This document shows, piece after piece, positions 22,063 through 31,401 of a stretch of DNA of 64,000 nt. Below the pieces are notes generated by a model. The model was not told the DNA's origin. It ran no database searches and saw only the letters and a program-made list of their open reading frames with translations. This DNA comes from an archaeon (GTDB lineage Archaea > EX4484-52 > WAPT01), in NCBI GenBank assembly GCA_029258795.1, contig JAPDKB010000009.1:22564-86563 (forward strand), written 5' to 3'. Every line of letters starts with the position of its first letter. Position 1 is the stretch's first letter. The position numbers and the translations under genes were made by a program.

Positions 22063-23445
22063 TCATCCTTTCATCTTACCCATGAGCTTCCTTACCATCG
22101 GATGCGCGTCCTCCAGCTGCTGTACTGCCAGCATCTCGTACATATTATATATGATCATCACCGCCAGAAGTATGGCTGTACCTCTAACCAACGCTCCCAG
22201 CAAATCGGCAAGAGCCGCAAGCAATCCTACAAAAGCCCCACCCATAATTGCAAGAGGAGTTATGTACCTCTCCAGTACCTTCTCAATGACACGCGGGTCC
22301 TTTCTGAATCCCGGAATTTGCAGGCTTGCTGACTGAATCTGTCTTGCAACGCTCTTGGCATCCATGCCTGCAGTTGTTACCCAGAAGAGGGAGAATATGG
22401 CTGTGCCCACAACCATCACTATCAGATAAGTTATGGCTCTCACCACCTCCCTTCCTGTGAGTCCTCCATAGAGCAAATAGTAGATGAAAGATCTTGGCGG
22501 GGTCATGTAGTAAACCAACCCGCTTTTGGGTCTGCCATCCGCGTCAAAACAACCAAGCACTCCACATTTAAGGTTGGTATCCACATCATGAGCTACCATC
22601 CTTCCTGCCATTTCTATGTTTATGATGAGGGCCGTCACCAAAATCACGGGGATGACGTTTGTGTAGATAAAGCGGAGAGGCCATTTTCTGCCGAAGCCGC
22701 GCAACGTTCCAAAAGCAAGAGGTATCTCAACACGCATCGATTGAGCATAAACAGCTATCACAAATATCACAATTGTGGTGATGATTGGTACGAGCATTTT
22801 CACATCTGGAGTGCCGTCCAAAACCGTTTGAATGAAAGCCAGCAACCTGCCAGCATAGTATTCTCCCGCTGTCTGGAAGTTGAAAAGCTGGATGAATATC
22901 TGCCTTGAGATTCCAGCAACTATGAACAGCGAGATGCCGCTACCAAAACCCCACTTGCTCACAACTTCATCCATGAAGATGACAAGCCACCCTCCAATAC
23001 AGAGCTGAAGCACCACGATGGCAACGTTGAAAAAAGAATAGGTAGCGGGCTGTATCGGACCAAAAAGAACCCATGCAACTGCCTGCACAAAAGTTATAAC
23101 AAACGCAAGGAATTTTTGAGCGCCCTGAAACATTATTCTGCCGTGCCTCGTGTTAAGATCCCAGTTTATTATTCTTGCACCCACAAGCATCTGCAGGATG
23201 ATGGATGCGGTGACTATCGGACCTATACCCAGCGTCATCAAGCTGCCGGTTTTTGCTCCCAGAAGCATTTCCCATTCAGCAAATCTGGCCGCAACCTCCT
23301 CCTTTATCCCGTAAACCCGTATCTCGGTCAAAATGTAATATAGAATCAGAATTATTCCCGTCCACTTCAACCTCTCATTTAGTGTTAGCCTTCTCTTTGG
23401 AGCTTCCACACCCGGCAGAAGCTCGAAAAACTTTTCCAGGTTCAT
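22063..23445 (-). CDS. secY: Protein translocase subunit SecY
   Basis: 10 TM segments, plug and NERLKWTGIILILYY region. The start is probably Met19 (MNLEKFFELLPGV) at 23445; the track ORF extends to 23499. Confidence 0.9.
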   Translation of the reverse strand: MNLEKFFELLPGVEAPKRRLTLNERLKWTGIILILYYILTEIRVYGIKEEVAARFAEWEMLLGAKTGSLMTLGIGPIVTASIILQMLVGARIINWDLNTRHGRIMFQGAQKFLAFVITFVQAVAWVLFGPIQPATYSFFNVAIVVLQLCIGGWLVIFMDEVVSKWGFGSGISLFIVAGISRQIFIQLFNFQTAGEYYAGRLLAFIQTVLDGTPDVKMLVPIITTIVIFVIAVYAQSMRVEIPLAFGTLRGFGRKWPLRFIYTNVIPVILVTALIINIEMAGRMVAHDVDTNLKCGVLGCFDADGRPKSGLVYYMTPPRSFIYYLLYGGLTGREVVRAITYLIVMVVGTAIFSLFWVTTAGMDAKSVARQIQSASLQIPGFRKDPRVIEKVLERYITPLAIMGGAFVGLLAALADLLGALVRGTAILLAVMIIYNMYEMLAVQQLEDAHPMVRKLMGKMKG

Positions 23446-23446
23446 T

Positions 23447-23929
23447 TTAACTGCCCTCCTCCGCTGCTGCAGCAGCCAAAACAACCTTTCCGCCAGCACT
23501 CTCTATCTTTTCAATTGCCTTTTGGGTGGCTTCAGCAACTCTAACCTCCACAGGCAGGTTTATTTTTCCGGCACCGAGCAGCTTATCGTAGCCGGCCTTC
23601 TCAAGATCAACAACGTAAGGCTTATCTTTCTTTTCCGCCACCCCCATCGCAACCCATCTTTCAATATAACGCTCAATATCTCCAACATTTATGCAATTTT
23701 TCTCTCTCACTATTGATTTGTGTCTTTTGAAACCCTTCCTTCCCCTTCCAAGAGGAAGTTTGCCTTCAGCATAAAGCATCGTTAGCTTCTGCTGTCCTCT
23801 CTTACCCATTCCTGCTTTACCCTTTCCACCTTTCGAACCCTTACCTCTGTGCTTCTTCTTAGAACCCCATCCGTAGGTTTTCGAACCCCTGAGCTTGTTG
23901 ACTTTCCTCTTCCTCTTTCTTACGACCAT
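23447..23929 (-). CDS. rpl15: 50S ribosomal protein L15 (uL15)
   Basis: KLRGSKTYGWGSKKKHRGKGSKGG. Confidence 0.9.
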   Translation of the reverse strand: MVVRKRKRKVNKLRGSKTYGWGSKKKHRGKGSKGGKGKAGMGKRGQQKLTMLYAEGKLPLGRGRKGFKRHKSIVREKNCINVGDIERYIERWVAMGVAEKKDKPYVVDLEKAGYDKLLGAGKINLPVEVRVAEATQKAIEKIESAGGKVVLAAAAAEEGS

Positions 23930-23940
23930 GACCTACACCT

Positions 23941-24375
23941 TCATATCATTCTTTTTATGAGGTCGTTGATCTTCTCTCCCCTGTAACCGAGTGCTCCTCC
24001 AACCGTGAAGTGCTTCTTTATACCTTTTCTCTCATAACCCTTTCTCGGAGGAGCAAGCCGAAACACGGGCTTCAATCCGGCTTTTTTAAGCCCCACTTCC
24101 TTGATTTTCTTCACATACTCATCGACTTTCTCTGCTGGTATTTTTCCACCACCTTCAAGCTCCCCTCTTTTTTCCACAAGAAGCTTGAGGACTTCATCAC
24201 TAACCTCTCCCCACGTAACATAATCCTTGACCTTGAAAATCATACCCTTGTATGAGTCATTTTCAGGCACAACCGTGCAGTGGTGTGGCTTGTTCAGATT
24301 CAGAAGTTTAAGTGTTCTTTCAACTTCCTCCCTTACACCAACAGTACCTCTTACTCTCACCACCGCGTACATCAC
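23941..24375 (-). CDS. rpl30: 50S ribosomal protein L30 (uL30)
   Basis: MMYAVVRVRGTVGVREEVERTLKLLNLNK. Confidence 0.85.
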   Translation of the reverse strand: MMYAVVRVRGTVGVREEVERTLKLLNLNKPHHCTVVPENDSYKGMIFKVKDYVTWGEVSDEVLKLLVEKRGELEGGGKIPAEKVDEYVKKIKEVGLKKAGLKPVFRLAPPRKGYERKGIKKHFTVGGALGYRGEKINDLIKRMI

Positions 24376-25082
24376 ACAGCACCCTGAACCATACCAGTTC
24401 TCTTGATTTCTTCCTCGCCAACCTTCATTTTGTTGAGGTTTCTGAAAGCATCAATGGCCGCTCCCACAAAATTAAGTCGGGTTCTCGTGTCTCCAAAGGA
24501 CTGAGACCACACATCCTTAATACCAGCCAGCCTCATAACTTTCTTTAGTTCCTCTCCAACCACGAGTCCCACTCCTTTCGGAGCGGGCATCAGCACAACT
24601 CTGACGCTACCCATCTTACCCATGACTCTGAAAGGTATGGAGTGATGACCCCTGCATCCACACTCCCAGGATCCACACCCTCTCCTTATGGGGAATATGT
24701 TCAGTTTGGCTTTTCTTATTGCTTTCTCTATAACCTCTCTGGCACTCTTACCTCTTGCCACACCAAATCCTATCAGCCCGTTCTCGTTTCCAACGATAGC
24801 AGCAGCATGAAGGGTCCTTCTCCTTCCTGACTTGTGCATCCTCACGGTGGATCTTATGGGTACTCTTCTCTTACCACCACCCTTACCGCTCACACCACCT
24901 ATGTTTATGAGCTCTTCCTTCAAATCGGGCACGAGATAATCAACTATTTCCGGCTCTTTTATAACATAACCTCTAGCAAAAATCTCCTCTATTGACTTTA
25001 TCTCTCCTTCTTTAACCATCCTTCCGAGTTCCGTCCTCGGTACCCAATCCTCCAGTGAGGTTTTCACGGCCATGTTAATCAC
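24372..25082 (-). CDS. rps5: 30S ribosomal protein S5 (uS5)
   Basis: GKGGGKRRVPIRSTVRMHKSGRRRTLHAAAIVGNENGLIGFGVARGKS. Confidence 0.9.
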   Translation of the reverse strand: MINMAVKTSLEDWVPRTELGRMVKEGEIKSIEEIFARGYVIKEPEIVDYLVPDLKEELINIGGVSGKGGGKRRVPIRSTVRMHKSGRRRTLHAAAIVGNENGLIGFGVARGKSAREVIEKAIRKAKLNIFPIRRGCGSWECGCRGHHSIPFRVMGKMGSVRVVLMPAPKGVGLVVGEELKKVMRLAGIKDVWSQSFGDTRTRLNFVGAAIDAFRNLNKMKVGEEEIKRTGMVQGAV

Positions 25083-25639
25083 TCATCATGGGATTTCTTC
25101 TTTTTACCGGATTTTTTGGATTCGCCACTTTTAGCAGAGAACACCTTATCAATATTTTCCTTAACCTTTTTGAAGGTTTCCACAACCTTCCTGCTTATGT
25201 GCTCACCCATTATCCTACTCTCATCCGGAACCTTGTCTGGAGAGTGAGGGATGTTCAATCCAGCATCCACCGCTCCTTTGAGCACAGCGAATATTCTGGC
25301 TCCTTTGGTTGAAGTGTGTCTCCCTATGTCGAGTATGGCTTCATTTATACCTTCTTTCAAGGCCATCTTGCCGATGAGGTATCCGGTTAGGTAAGCTGCG
25401 GGCGTGTTTTTGAAGGATGTGATATCCCATCCATACTCCGCAAGCTTTTTGGAAGTAACCATGACTTTAGTAACATCTCCCTTAGGGTTGAACTCTCTTA
25501 TGTGGGCTATTATCTGCGTGTTCGTCCTTCTGACAGTAAGTATTGGCTTGCCGCTCTTAACAAGAGCCAGCCTTTTCTTGTAATCAGTTTTTCCTTCCCT
25601 TCTCCTCCTGAATTTCATTAAGTAACCGCGTTTCCCCAT
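25079..25639 (-). CDS. rpl18: 50S ribosomal protein L18 (uL18)
   Basis: RRRREGKTDYKKRLALVKSGKPILTVRRTNTQIIAHI. Confidence 0.9.
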   Translation of the reverse strand: MGKRGYLMKFRRRREGKTDYKKRLALVKSGKPILTVRRTNTQIIAHIREFNPKGDVTKVMVTSKKLAEYGWDITSFKNTPAAYLTGYLIGKMALKEGINEAILDIGRHTSTKGARIFAVLKGAVDAGLNIPHSPDKVPDESRIMGEHISRKVVETFKKVKENIDKVFSAKSGESKKSGKKKKSHDE

Positions 25640-25645
25640 AATTCA

Positions 25646-26110
25646 TCACGTTTCTGCCTGTTTTTCTCTCATTTCCTTTAGCTTTTCAACCCTCTGAAGG
25701 AGGTGGGCTTTCGTTCTGAACATACCTCCTTTTGCATGAGCATAAAGCATTCTGTATTCTGTTTGAGTAATCTCTCCCTTATCACGCAGCTCTCTGAGCA
25801 GCTTTCGCAGAGCCCTTATCCTTATCATCCATGCAAGTTTCCTTGGCATCCTTGCCGTCTTTTTACCCTTCCTTGAGCCGTGGCCCTTTCTCCTTCCCTT
25901 CTTCTTCTGCATCTTTATGTGCTTGGCTCTCGCGGTGCTCACCCCAACCTTCGGGAGTACCGCTATCTTACCCTCCCTAATCAGCCTCCTTATATCCTCC
26001 CTGGTTATGGCTTGAGCTACCTCATCAACATGAGCAGGATCTATCCACACTCTGTGAACTCCGCATTTCAGTATCTGTGCGGCCATCCTTTTCTGGGTTC
26101 TTAAATTCAT
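25646..26110 (-). CDS. rpl19e: 50S ribosomal protein L19e
   Basis: MNLRTQKRMAAQILKCGVHRVWIDP. Confidence 0.9.
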   Translation of the reverse strand: MNLRTQKRMAAQILKCGVHRVWIDPAHVDEVAQAITREDIRRLIREGKIAVLPKVGVSTARAKHIKMQKKKGRRKGHGSRKGKKTARMPRKLAWMIRIRALRKLLRELRDKGEITQTEYRMLYAHAKGGMFRTKAHLLQRVEKLKEMREKQAET

Positions 26111-26122
26111 ATCCCATCACCG

Positions 26123-26305
26123 TTAATTGTTTGCAGGCAGTATCTCTTTTTGATGAGCTACGACCACAACCTCTCTGGTGTATTTCATTCCACACCTTTT
26201 ACAGGAATAAACTTTTATGCCCTGCACCTTCATGGTTTCGGCGCGAGCCCCGCACGCAGGGCATATTTCCTCATGAAAGTGAACAAATGGAACATCGATG
26301 AACAT
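26123..26305 (-). CDS. Small CxxC...CxxC zinc-ribbon protein (60 aa) embedded in the r-protein operon
   Basis: EEICPACGARAETMKVQGIKVYSCKRCGMKY. Tight spacing: 13 nt after L32e and 13 nt before L19e. Confidence 0.5.
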   Translation of the reverse strand: MFIDVPFVHFHEEICPACGARAETMKVQGIKVYSCKRCGMKYTREVVVVAHQKEILPANN

Positions 26306-26317
26306 AACTCATCCACC

Positions 26318-27010
26318 TTACTTTTTGCTTTTGGTGGTTGATTTTTTGGTGGTCTTGGAAGAGCTCTTACTTTTTGCTTTTGAACTGCCTGTGGCTTTTT
26401 TGGTTTTACCTTCCACTTTTTCCTTTTTCTTAACCTCTTTCTTCCTCTCATCACCCTTCTTCTCAGCCGTCTTCTTTTCCGCTTTTTTGGCTTTCTCCTT
26501 TACAGCTTTCTTCTCCTCAGCTTCCTCCTCTTCCTTTGTTTCCTCAACCTTCTTCTCTTCCTTCGCCTTTTCCTCCTTCTCTTTCTTTTTCTTCTCCTCT
26601 CTTGCCTTCAATTCAAGATATGAACGCCTCTTTATCCTTGGATTGAGCACTTTGATGCCAAGTTCTTCAGCTTTCTTCAGGATTTCAAGCTTCTTCTTTG
26701 TGCCCACACATGAAGCAACTCTAACAGCTTCCTCTTCCCTGTTAACCCTTTCAAGATCGGTAGGGTTGTAAACAATCACCTCCCTATAACCAGAAGGATG
26801 AAGGTGTCTCGCTTCTTTAGGACCGCCATATCCGGAGCAAGGCATTTTTGGCTTTCCGAATATTCTTTTCCTCATTTTGTTGTGAATTCCCTTCGGTTTT
26901 CTGTAGCCACTCCTGCTTATCTTCTTTATTCTATCTCCTAAATACCTCCTGAATTTGGGCTTCCTCTTCTTTACTTCCTCTCTGAGCTTTACAAGCTCCT
27001 TCATTGCCAT
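26318..27010 (-). CDS. rpl32e: 50S ribosomal protein L32e with a ~90 aa K/E-rich C-terminal tail
   Basis: KPKFRRYLGDRIKKISRSGYRKPKGIHNKMR core; lysine-rich tail. Confidence 0.85.
   Translation of the reverse strand: MAMKELVKLREEVKKRKPKFRRYLGDRIKKISRSGYRKPKGIHNKMRKRIFGKPKMPCSGYGGPKEARHLHPSGYREVIVYNPTDLERVNREEEAVRVASCVGTKKKLEILKKAEELGIKVLNPRIKRRSYLELKAREEKKKKEKEEKAKEEKKVEETKEEEEAEEKKAVKEKAKKAEKKTAEKKGDERKKEVKKKEKVEGKTKKATGSSKAKSKSSSKTTKKSTTKSKK
26430..26555 (-). repeat. ~110 nt segment in the L32e tail near-identical to a segment in the S3 tail (31712-31820)
   Basis: cctctttcttcctctcatcacccttcttctcagccgtcttcttttccgctttttt...ctcctttacagc is shared almost exactly. Both encode ...[29 protein letters not shown].... 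Confidence 0.8.
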
Positions 27011-27576
27011 AGATCCTCACTCCTCTTCGGCTTCTTGTAAATATAAATACCATCGAAGAATATTCGCGGATCTCTTCCTGCACGATATTTGCATGCTTGC
27101 TCCATGTTGGCTGCCGTTTGCCCCACATCTTCGATGTTTATGCCTTCCACCACAATCTCTTCCTTATCTATCTTGACCTTGACATCTCCCACTATCTTTG
27201 CCTTTCTAGCACCCTTCTCTCCCATGAAATTGCTTATGACTATGTAATCTCCTTCCTGCTTCACAGTCATCGGGAAGTGGGTGTAAACTATCTTTAACCG
27301 GGCTTCAAAGCCCCTGGCAACACCATACATCATGTTTTTGATGTGAGACACCCATGTACCGACTATGGCTTTATCCTTTCTCTTTTTGGACTCGGTCCTG
27401 ACTTTAACAACACCATCATCAACCATAACCTTCACGCGGGGGTGGGAGAACATTCTTCTTAACTCTCCCTTCTCTCCTTTAACAATGAGAGTATCGCCTT
27501 CCAAGCTTACCTCTATTCCTTCCGGAATCTTTACTTCCCTTTCAATCACCGTTTGCATCTGCTCTTGCTGGCTCAT
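27001..27576 (-). CDS. rpl6: 50S ribosomal protein L6 (uL6)
   Basis: Two uL6 repeats, EVKIPEGIEVSLEGDTLIVKGEKGEL. Confidence 0.9.
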   Translation of the reverse strand: MSQQEQMQTVIEREVKIPEGIEVSLEGDTLIVKGEKGELRRMFSHPRVKVMVDDGVVKVRTESKKRKDKAIVGTWVSHIKNMMYGVARGFEARLKIVYTHFPMTVKQEGDYIVISNFMGEKGARKAKIVGDVKVKIDKEEIVVEGINIEDVGQTAANMEQACKYRAGRDPRIFFDGIYIYKKPKRSEDLWQ

Positions 27577-27604
27577 CTCATCTCACCATCAAAAATCACG
27601 CAGT

Positions 27605-27988
27605 TCAGTAAACATAAGCAAGCAAAGCCCCACCCTTTCTTCCCTTAACTTTCGTGTGTGCGACCACACCTTCGTCGGTGGTGATTATGAGCAATCCGAC
27701 TCCTGCTGCAGGCAAATACTGCTTCTCCCACTCATCAAACTCATCCTTTTTAACATAAAATCTTGGCCTTATGGCGTTGCAGTTATTGATTCTGCCTTTA
27801 AGTTCTATTCTGAATTTTCCGCCCTTACCATCATCGATGTACTCGAAGTTTCCTATGTATCCGTACTCCTGCATAACCTTGAGCACATCCCTGACTAACC
27901 TTGAGGCGGGAACAACACACTCCTTCTTTCCAACCTTCTCAGCGTTCTTGATGATTGACATGACATCTGACAGCAAATCGTGCCTCAT
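27605..27988 (-). CDS. rps8: 30S ribosomal protein S8 (uS8)
   Basis: MRHDLLSDVMSIIKNAEKVGKKE...GVVAHTKVKG. Confidence 0.9.
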   Translation of the reverse strand: MRHDLLSDVMSIIKNAEKVGKKECVVPASRLVRDVLKVMQEYGYIGNFEYIDDGKGGKFRIELKGRINNCNAIRPRFYVKKDEFDEWEKQYLPAAGVGLLIITTDEGVVAHTKVKGRKGGALLAYVY

Positions 27989-27999
27989 GATTCACACCT

Positions 28000-28236
28000 T
28001 TATTCCAGCTTTTTCCACCCCATCTCTTTGGCTACCTCCCTGAAGCATCTTCTGCAGATGTTGAGATCATATTTCCTTATCAAGCTCCTGCCCATGTTGC
28101 CGCATCTTATGCATCTAACCTTTCCATATCCGGTCGTTCTCTCCTTCCTTGTATTGTGTTTTAACACCTTCTTCATCTTTCCCGGCTTGTTCTGGTATAT
28201 TTTCAGGGATTTTCTGAAGTCACCCATAACCATCAC
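28000..28236 (-). CDS. rps14: 30S ribosomal protein S14 type Z (zinc-binding)
   Basis: GYGKVRCIRCGNMGRSLIRKYDLNICRRCFREVAKEMGWKK. The start may be the internal Met21 at 28176. Confidence 0.8.
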   Translation of the reverse strand: MMVMGDFRKSLKIYQNKPGKMKKVLKHNTRKERTTGYGKVRCIRCGNMGRSLIRKYDLNICRRCFREVAKEMGWKKLE

Positions 28237-28796
28237 CCTTCCACAACCTCAACACCAAATTTCTCTTTCATGAATTGGATTGCCTCTTCTCTTTTTATTC
28301 TGTGGCTCCTGCCCACCTTCGTTTTTCTTAGCTTCCTTCTTTTGACCCTAAAACCGGGTCTTTCCAGTTGAATTGCCACATCCATACCAAAAATACCAAT
28401 GCTGGGATCATATTTTATGCCGGGAATGTCCAGATATTCCTTTATTCCAAAATTGACGTTACCTTCATTATCAAAACAGCTCATTCTTAACTTCTTATCC
28501 ACTGCCTGCAACAGCTTCTCGGCAAGCTCTTCAGCATCCTTGCCACGCAGAGTAACTTTAACACCGATCGGCAATCCTCGCCTTATACCAAAAGTTCTGG
28601 CCTTTCGTGTGGCTTTCGTCTTCACCGGCTTTTTACCTGTGAGCTTTTCAAGCAATCTGTATGCTTTTTCCACTTCAGCAACAGGATCCTTCGTGCCTAT
28701 ATTCAGGACTAGCTTACCTATTCTTATTTCCCTCATGGGATTTGTCTTCGCTTCCTTACCTTTCTGAGCTTGAGTTGTGTTCTCGGCCATCCACAC
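28233..28796 (-). CDS. rpl5: 50S ribosomal protein L5 (uL5)
   Basis: NPMREIRIGKLVLNIGTKD...GMDVAIQ. Confidence 0.9.
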   Translation of the reverse strand: MWMAENTTQAQKGKEAKTNPMREIRIGKLVLNIGTKDPVAEVEKAYRLLEKLTGKKPVKTKATRKARTFGIRRGLPIGVKVTLRGKDAEELAEKLLQAVDKKLRMSCFDNEGNVNFGIKEYLDIPGIKYDPSIGIFGMDVAIQLERPGFRVKRRKLRKTKVGRSHRIKREEAIQFMKEKFGVEVVEG

Positions 28797-28815
28797 TCAC
28801 CATCAAAAAGCATGA

Positions 28816-29538
28816 CTAATGTACGGTTATTTCGGGCGCGTCATCGCCCACCACAAAAACATAATCAGCAAGCGTAGTAACTTTCTTATCACCTACCTTC
28901 AGAGTTATTCTGTTGGGGTCAAAACCCTTTATTATCTCAATCTGCTCCACCTTACCGAGTTCGCCAGCCAACTTACCTCTGTAAATCTGTGCAACCTTTC
29001 CAACTTCCATCTTTATGTGCTTGAGGATCTTCTGATCAGGCAAGCTTATGAGCAGGGAGTCCATGGTTTTGTAAACATCCTCCTTCGGATTGCAGGGATC
29101 CTTAACCTTGATAAGTATGTTCCTGCCATCGTGAAGGTTGAGCTGGATGTGACCGCCCTTAACCACGGTCTTGTTCATTATCCTGCAGAGCTTCATGTTC
29201 GCTTCCTTTTCCGGGATTTCGACCAGCACAAACCTCTCCTTCTTTGGAACGACTCTGTAGTGCTTGCCAGCATCAGGTAGGGATATGACATCCATCACTC
29301 CGACTCCAAAGCGGTCATCCTTGCGCACAACACCATCCACAACAACCTTTCCGGCAGCCACAATTTTCTTGGCTTCTCTTGCGTTTCTTGCGTAACCGAG
29401 CATGTCTCGCAACACTATTCTTAAAGGTATTGCTCTATCATGCGGATGTCCGCCCCCCTTCACAACAGGAGCAAATTTGCTAACCTTGACTGGTATGCTG
29501 TAAACCTTTGGTGCAGCATATCTTTTTAGATGTGCCAT
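28816..29538 (-). CDS. rps4e: 30S ribosomal protein S4e
   Basis: [23 protein letters not shown]...KOW. Confidence 0.9.
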   Translation of the reverse strand: MAHLKRYAAPKVYSIPVKVSKFAPVVKGGGHPHDRAIPLRIVLRDMLGYARNAREAKKIVAAGKVVVDGVVRKDDRFGVGVMDVISLPDAGKHYRVVPKKERFVLVEIPEKEANMKLCRIMNKTVVKGGHIQLNLHDGRNILIKVKDPCNPKEDVYKTMDSLLISLPDQKILKHIKMEVGKVAQIYRGKLAGELGKVEQIEIIKGFDPNRITLKVGDKKVTTLADYVFVVGDDAPEITVH

Positions 29539-29957
29539 CAGCTGCTCACCTCTTCTTTAGCAGATTCACCACTTTTTCTTGCAATCTTTTTAATTCTTTT
29601 CTCATCTTCCGTGTTCAACTCCACGATCTGAAGGTTGGATGGGTGGAGGGGTACAAGCACCTCACTACCATCCGTCTTCTTCCTCTTGACATTTTCAACA
29701 TAAACGCGTCCTTTCTTTAGATTAACTCTTGTAACCTTACCCTCAACACCCTTAAATGAACCCCTCAACACCCGTACGACATCTCCTGTTCTTACAACAA
29801 CATTTCTCCTTCCGTATTTCTTTCGTAGCTCTTTTGAGAGGTTGACTGAGAGGAATTTCCTCCTTATGTGGAGAGGAGCATTAGCTATGTATTTCCTCTG
29901 TTTTCTCGGGCTTTTGCTGCGCACCCAGTTCCTTGAAAACTTGACCTTCATAACCAT
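29538..29957 (-). CDS. rpl24: 50S ribosomal protein L24 (uL24)
   Basis: KOW motif [20 protein letters not shown]. Confidence 0.85.
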   Translation of the reverse strand: MVMKVKFSRNWVRSKSPRKQRKYIANAPLHIRRKFLSVNLSKELRKKYGRRNVVVRTGDVVRVLRGSFKGVEGKVTRVNLKKGRVYVENVKRKKTDGSEVLVPLHPSNLQIVELNTEDEKRIKKIARKSGESAKEEVSS

Positions 29958-29965
29958 TCACCCCT

Positions 29966-30373
29966 TCACATCACTATGCTTGCTATTTTACCCACAGCCG
30001 GAAACCTTTCCACCGCCTCTTTTGCTACAACACCCTTTATTTCCCTTCCTCTTGGCTCCATCCTTTCATTTATGAGCACCGCAGCATTATCCTCAAAACA
30101 GACAAACATACCGTTTCTTCTCCTGTATTTTCTTCTCTGCCTGACCACCACCGCATGCACAACTTCATTCCTTATCTTTTCATTACCCTTTATAACGGTG
30201 CAGATCACAACATCTCCCACTCCTGCTCTTGCAATCCTCCTTCTCGTGCCTTTGTAACCCTTGACACCTATCACTTTGAGTAGCTTAGCTCCAGTATTAT
30301 CTATACATTTCAGTACTGTACCTATCTGCACGGCTTTTATCGGTTTGACGCTTATGGCTTTCATATGCGGCAC
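29966..30373 (-). CDS. rpl14: 50S ribosomal protein L14 (uL14)
   Basis: AVQIGTVLKCIDNTGAKLLKVIGVKG... Confidence 0.9.
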   Translation of the reverse strand: MPHMKAISVKPIKAVQIGTVLKCIDNTGAKLLKVIGVKGYKGTRRRIARAGVGDVVICTVIKGNEKIRNEVVHAVVVRQRRKYRRRNGMFVCFEDNAAVLINERMEPRGREIKGVVAKEAVERFPAVGKIASIVM

Positions 30374-30376
30374 CCG

Positions 30377-30793
30377 TTACGCTTCTTTCACCACTTCTAT
30401 CACAACAAAGCTCTTGGTTTTGCTTAGCGGCTTACACTCCGCAATTCTAACGATATCTCCTTCTTTAGCGTTTATGCATGGCGGGTTGTGTGCAGCCACT
30501 TTCGTTCTGCAGCGCATGTATCTCTTCAGCTTTTTGATTTTTCTCAAGTATTCCCAACCAACAACAACTGTCTTATCCATTTTGGCTGAAAGCACCACAC
30601 CCTGAAAAATCTTACCCCTTATCTTGAGGTGACCATGATAAGGACATTTTTCATCATTACAAACCTTCTTTGGCGGGTTTTTAACCTCAATACCTATATC
30701 CCTTATTTTTATTTTCACTTCTTTTTTCTTCTCAGCAGTCTTCTTACCACTACTTTCGCTCTTCTTTCCTTTTTGGGCTGTTTTCTCAGCCAT
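30377..30793 (-). CDS. rps17: 30S ribosomal protein S17 (uS17) with a ~30 aa K-rich N-terminal extension
   Basis: CNDEKCPYHGHLKIRGKIFQGVVLSAKMDKTVVV; the N-terminus carries a KKTAEKKKEVKIK motif. Confidence 0.85.
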   Translation of the reverse strand: MAEKTAQKGKKSESSGKKTAEKKKEVKIKIRDIGIEVKNPPKKVCNDEKCPYHGHLKIRGKIFQGVVLSAKMDKTVVVGWEYLRKIKKLKRYMRCRTKVAAHNPPCINAKEGDIVRIAECKPLSKTKSFVVIEVVKEA

Positions 30794-31091
30794 TCAATCC
30801 ACCCCATATTTTTCGTGGAAACCTTTTCTTTATCCTATCTTCGGGCCTGCCCTGAATCACCTTACCATCCACTTCCACCACGCTCCCATCCGGAAGCGTG
30901 AAGTGGAACACACAGTTCTTCTTTTCAACCCTGATCTCCCTGCCATCTCGCTTTCTTATCACAAGCGTGTTTTTCGTTTCATTTATGACTTGCCCTTCAA
31001 CCCCCACAAGCGTGGGGTCACTGCTTTTTACTATTTTAACATCGAGGCCTATGAGCTCATGCCTGACGAGGTTCTCTGGCTTTATTGGCAT
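30786..31091 (-). CDS. rnp1: RNase P protein component 1 (Rpp29/Pop4-like)
   Basis: 101 aa between SUI1 and S17, the conserved archaeal position; HELIGLDVKIVKSSDPTLVGVEGQVINETKNTLVI. Confidence 0.75.
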   Translation of the reverse strand: MPIKPENLVRHELIGLDVKIVKSSDPTLVGVEGQVINETKNTLVIRKRDGREIRVEKKNCVFHFTLPDGSVVEVDGKVIQGRPEDRIKKRFPRKIWGGLNG

Positions 31092-31095
31092 CGGC

Positions 31096-31401
31096 TCACT
31101 CCACTATCGAGCTTTCCGGAAAGCCCTCCTCGATGAGCATCTTTTTGACCTTCAGGCGATGATCTCCCTGCAGTTCTATCTTACCGTCCTTGTAGGTACC
31201 ACCACATGCAAGTTTTTTCTTGAACTTCTTGAGCAGTGATTTGATGTCTATGCTCTTTTCATCAAGCCCTTCTATAATCGTTATGGTTTTGCCGAATTTC
31301 CTCTTTTCCACATAAATTTTAATTTTCTGCTTTTCCCTCGCTATGGTTTCGCAGATGCACAGGTCTTTTGGAAGACCACAAACATTACATATCTCCGTCA
31401 T
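31096..31401 (-). CDS. eif1: Translation initiation factor SUI1/eIF1-like
   Basis: [20 protein letters not shown]...KLACGGT...IELQGDHRL. Confidence 0.8.
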   Translation of the reverse strand: MTEICNVCGLPKDLCICETIAREKQKIKIYVEKRKFGKTITIIEGLDEKSIDIKSLLKKFKKKLACGGTYKDGKIELQGDHRLKVKKMLIEEGFPESSIVE

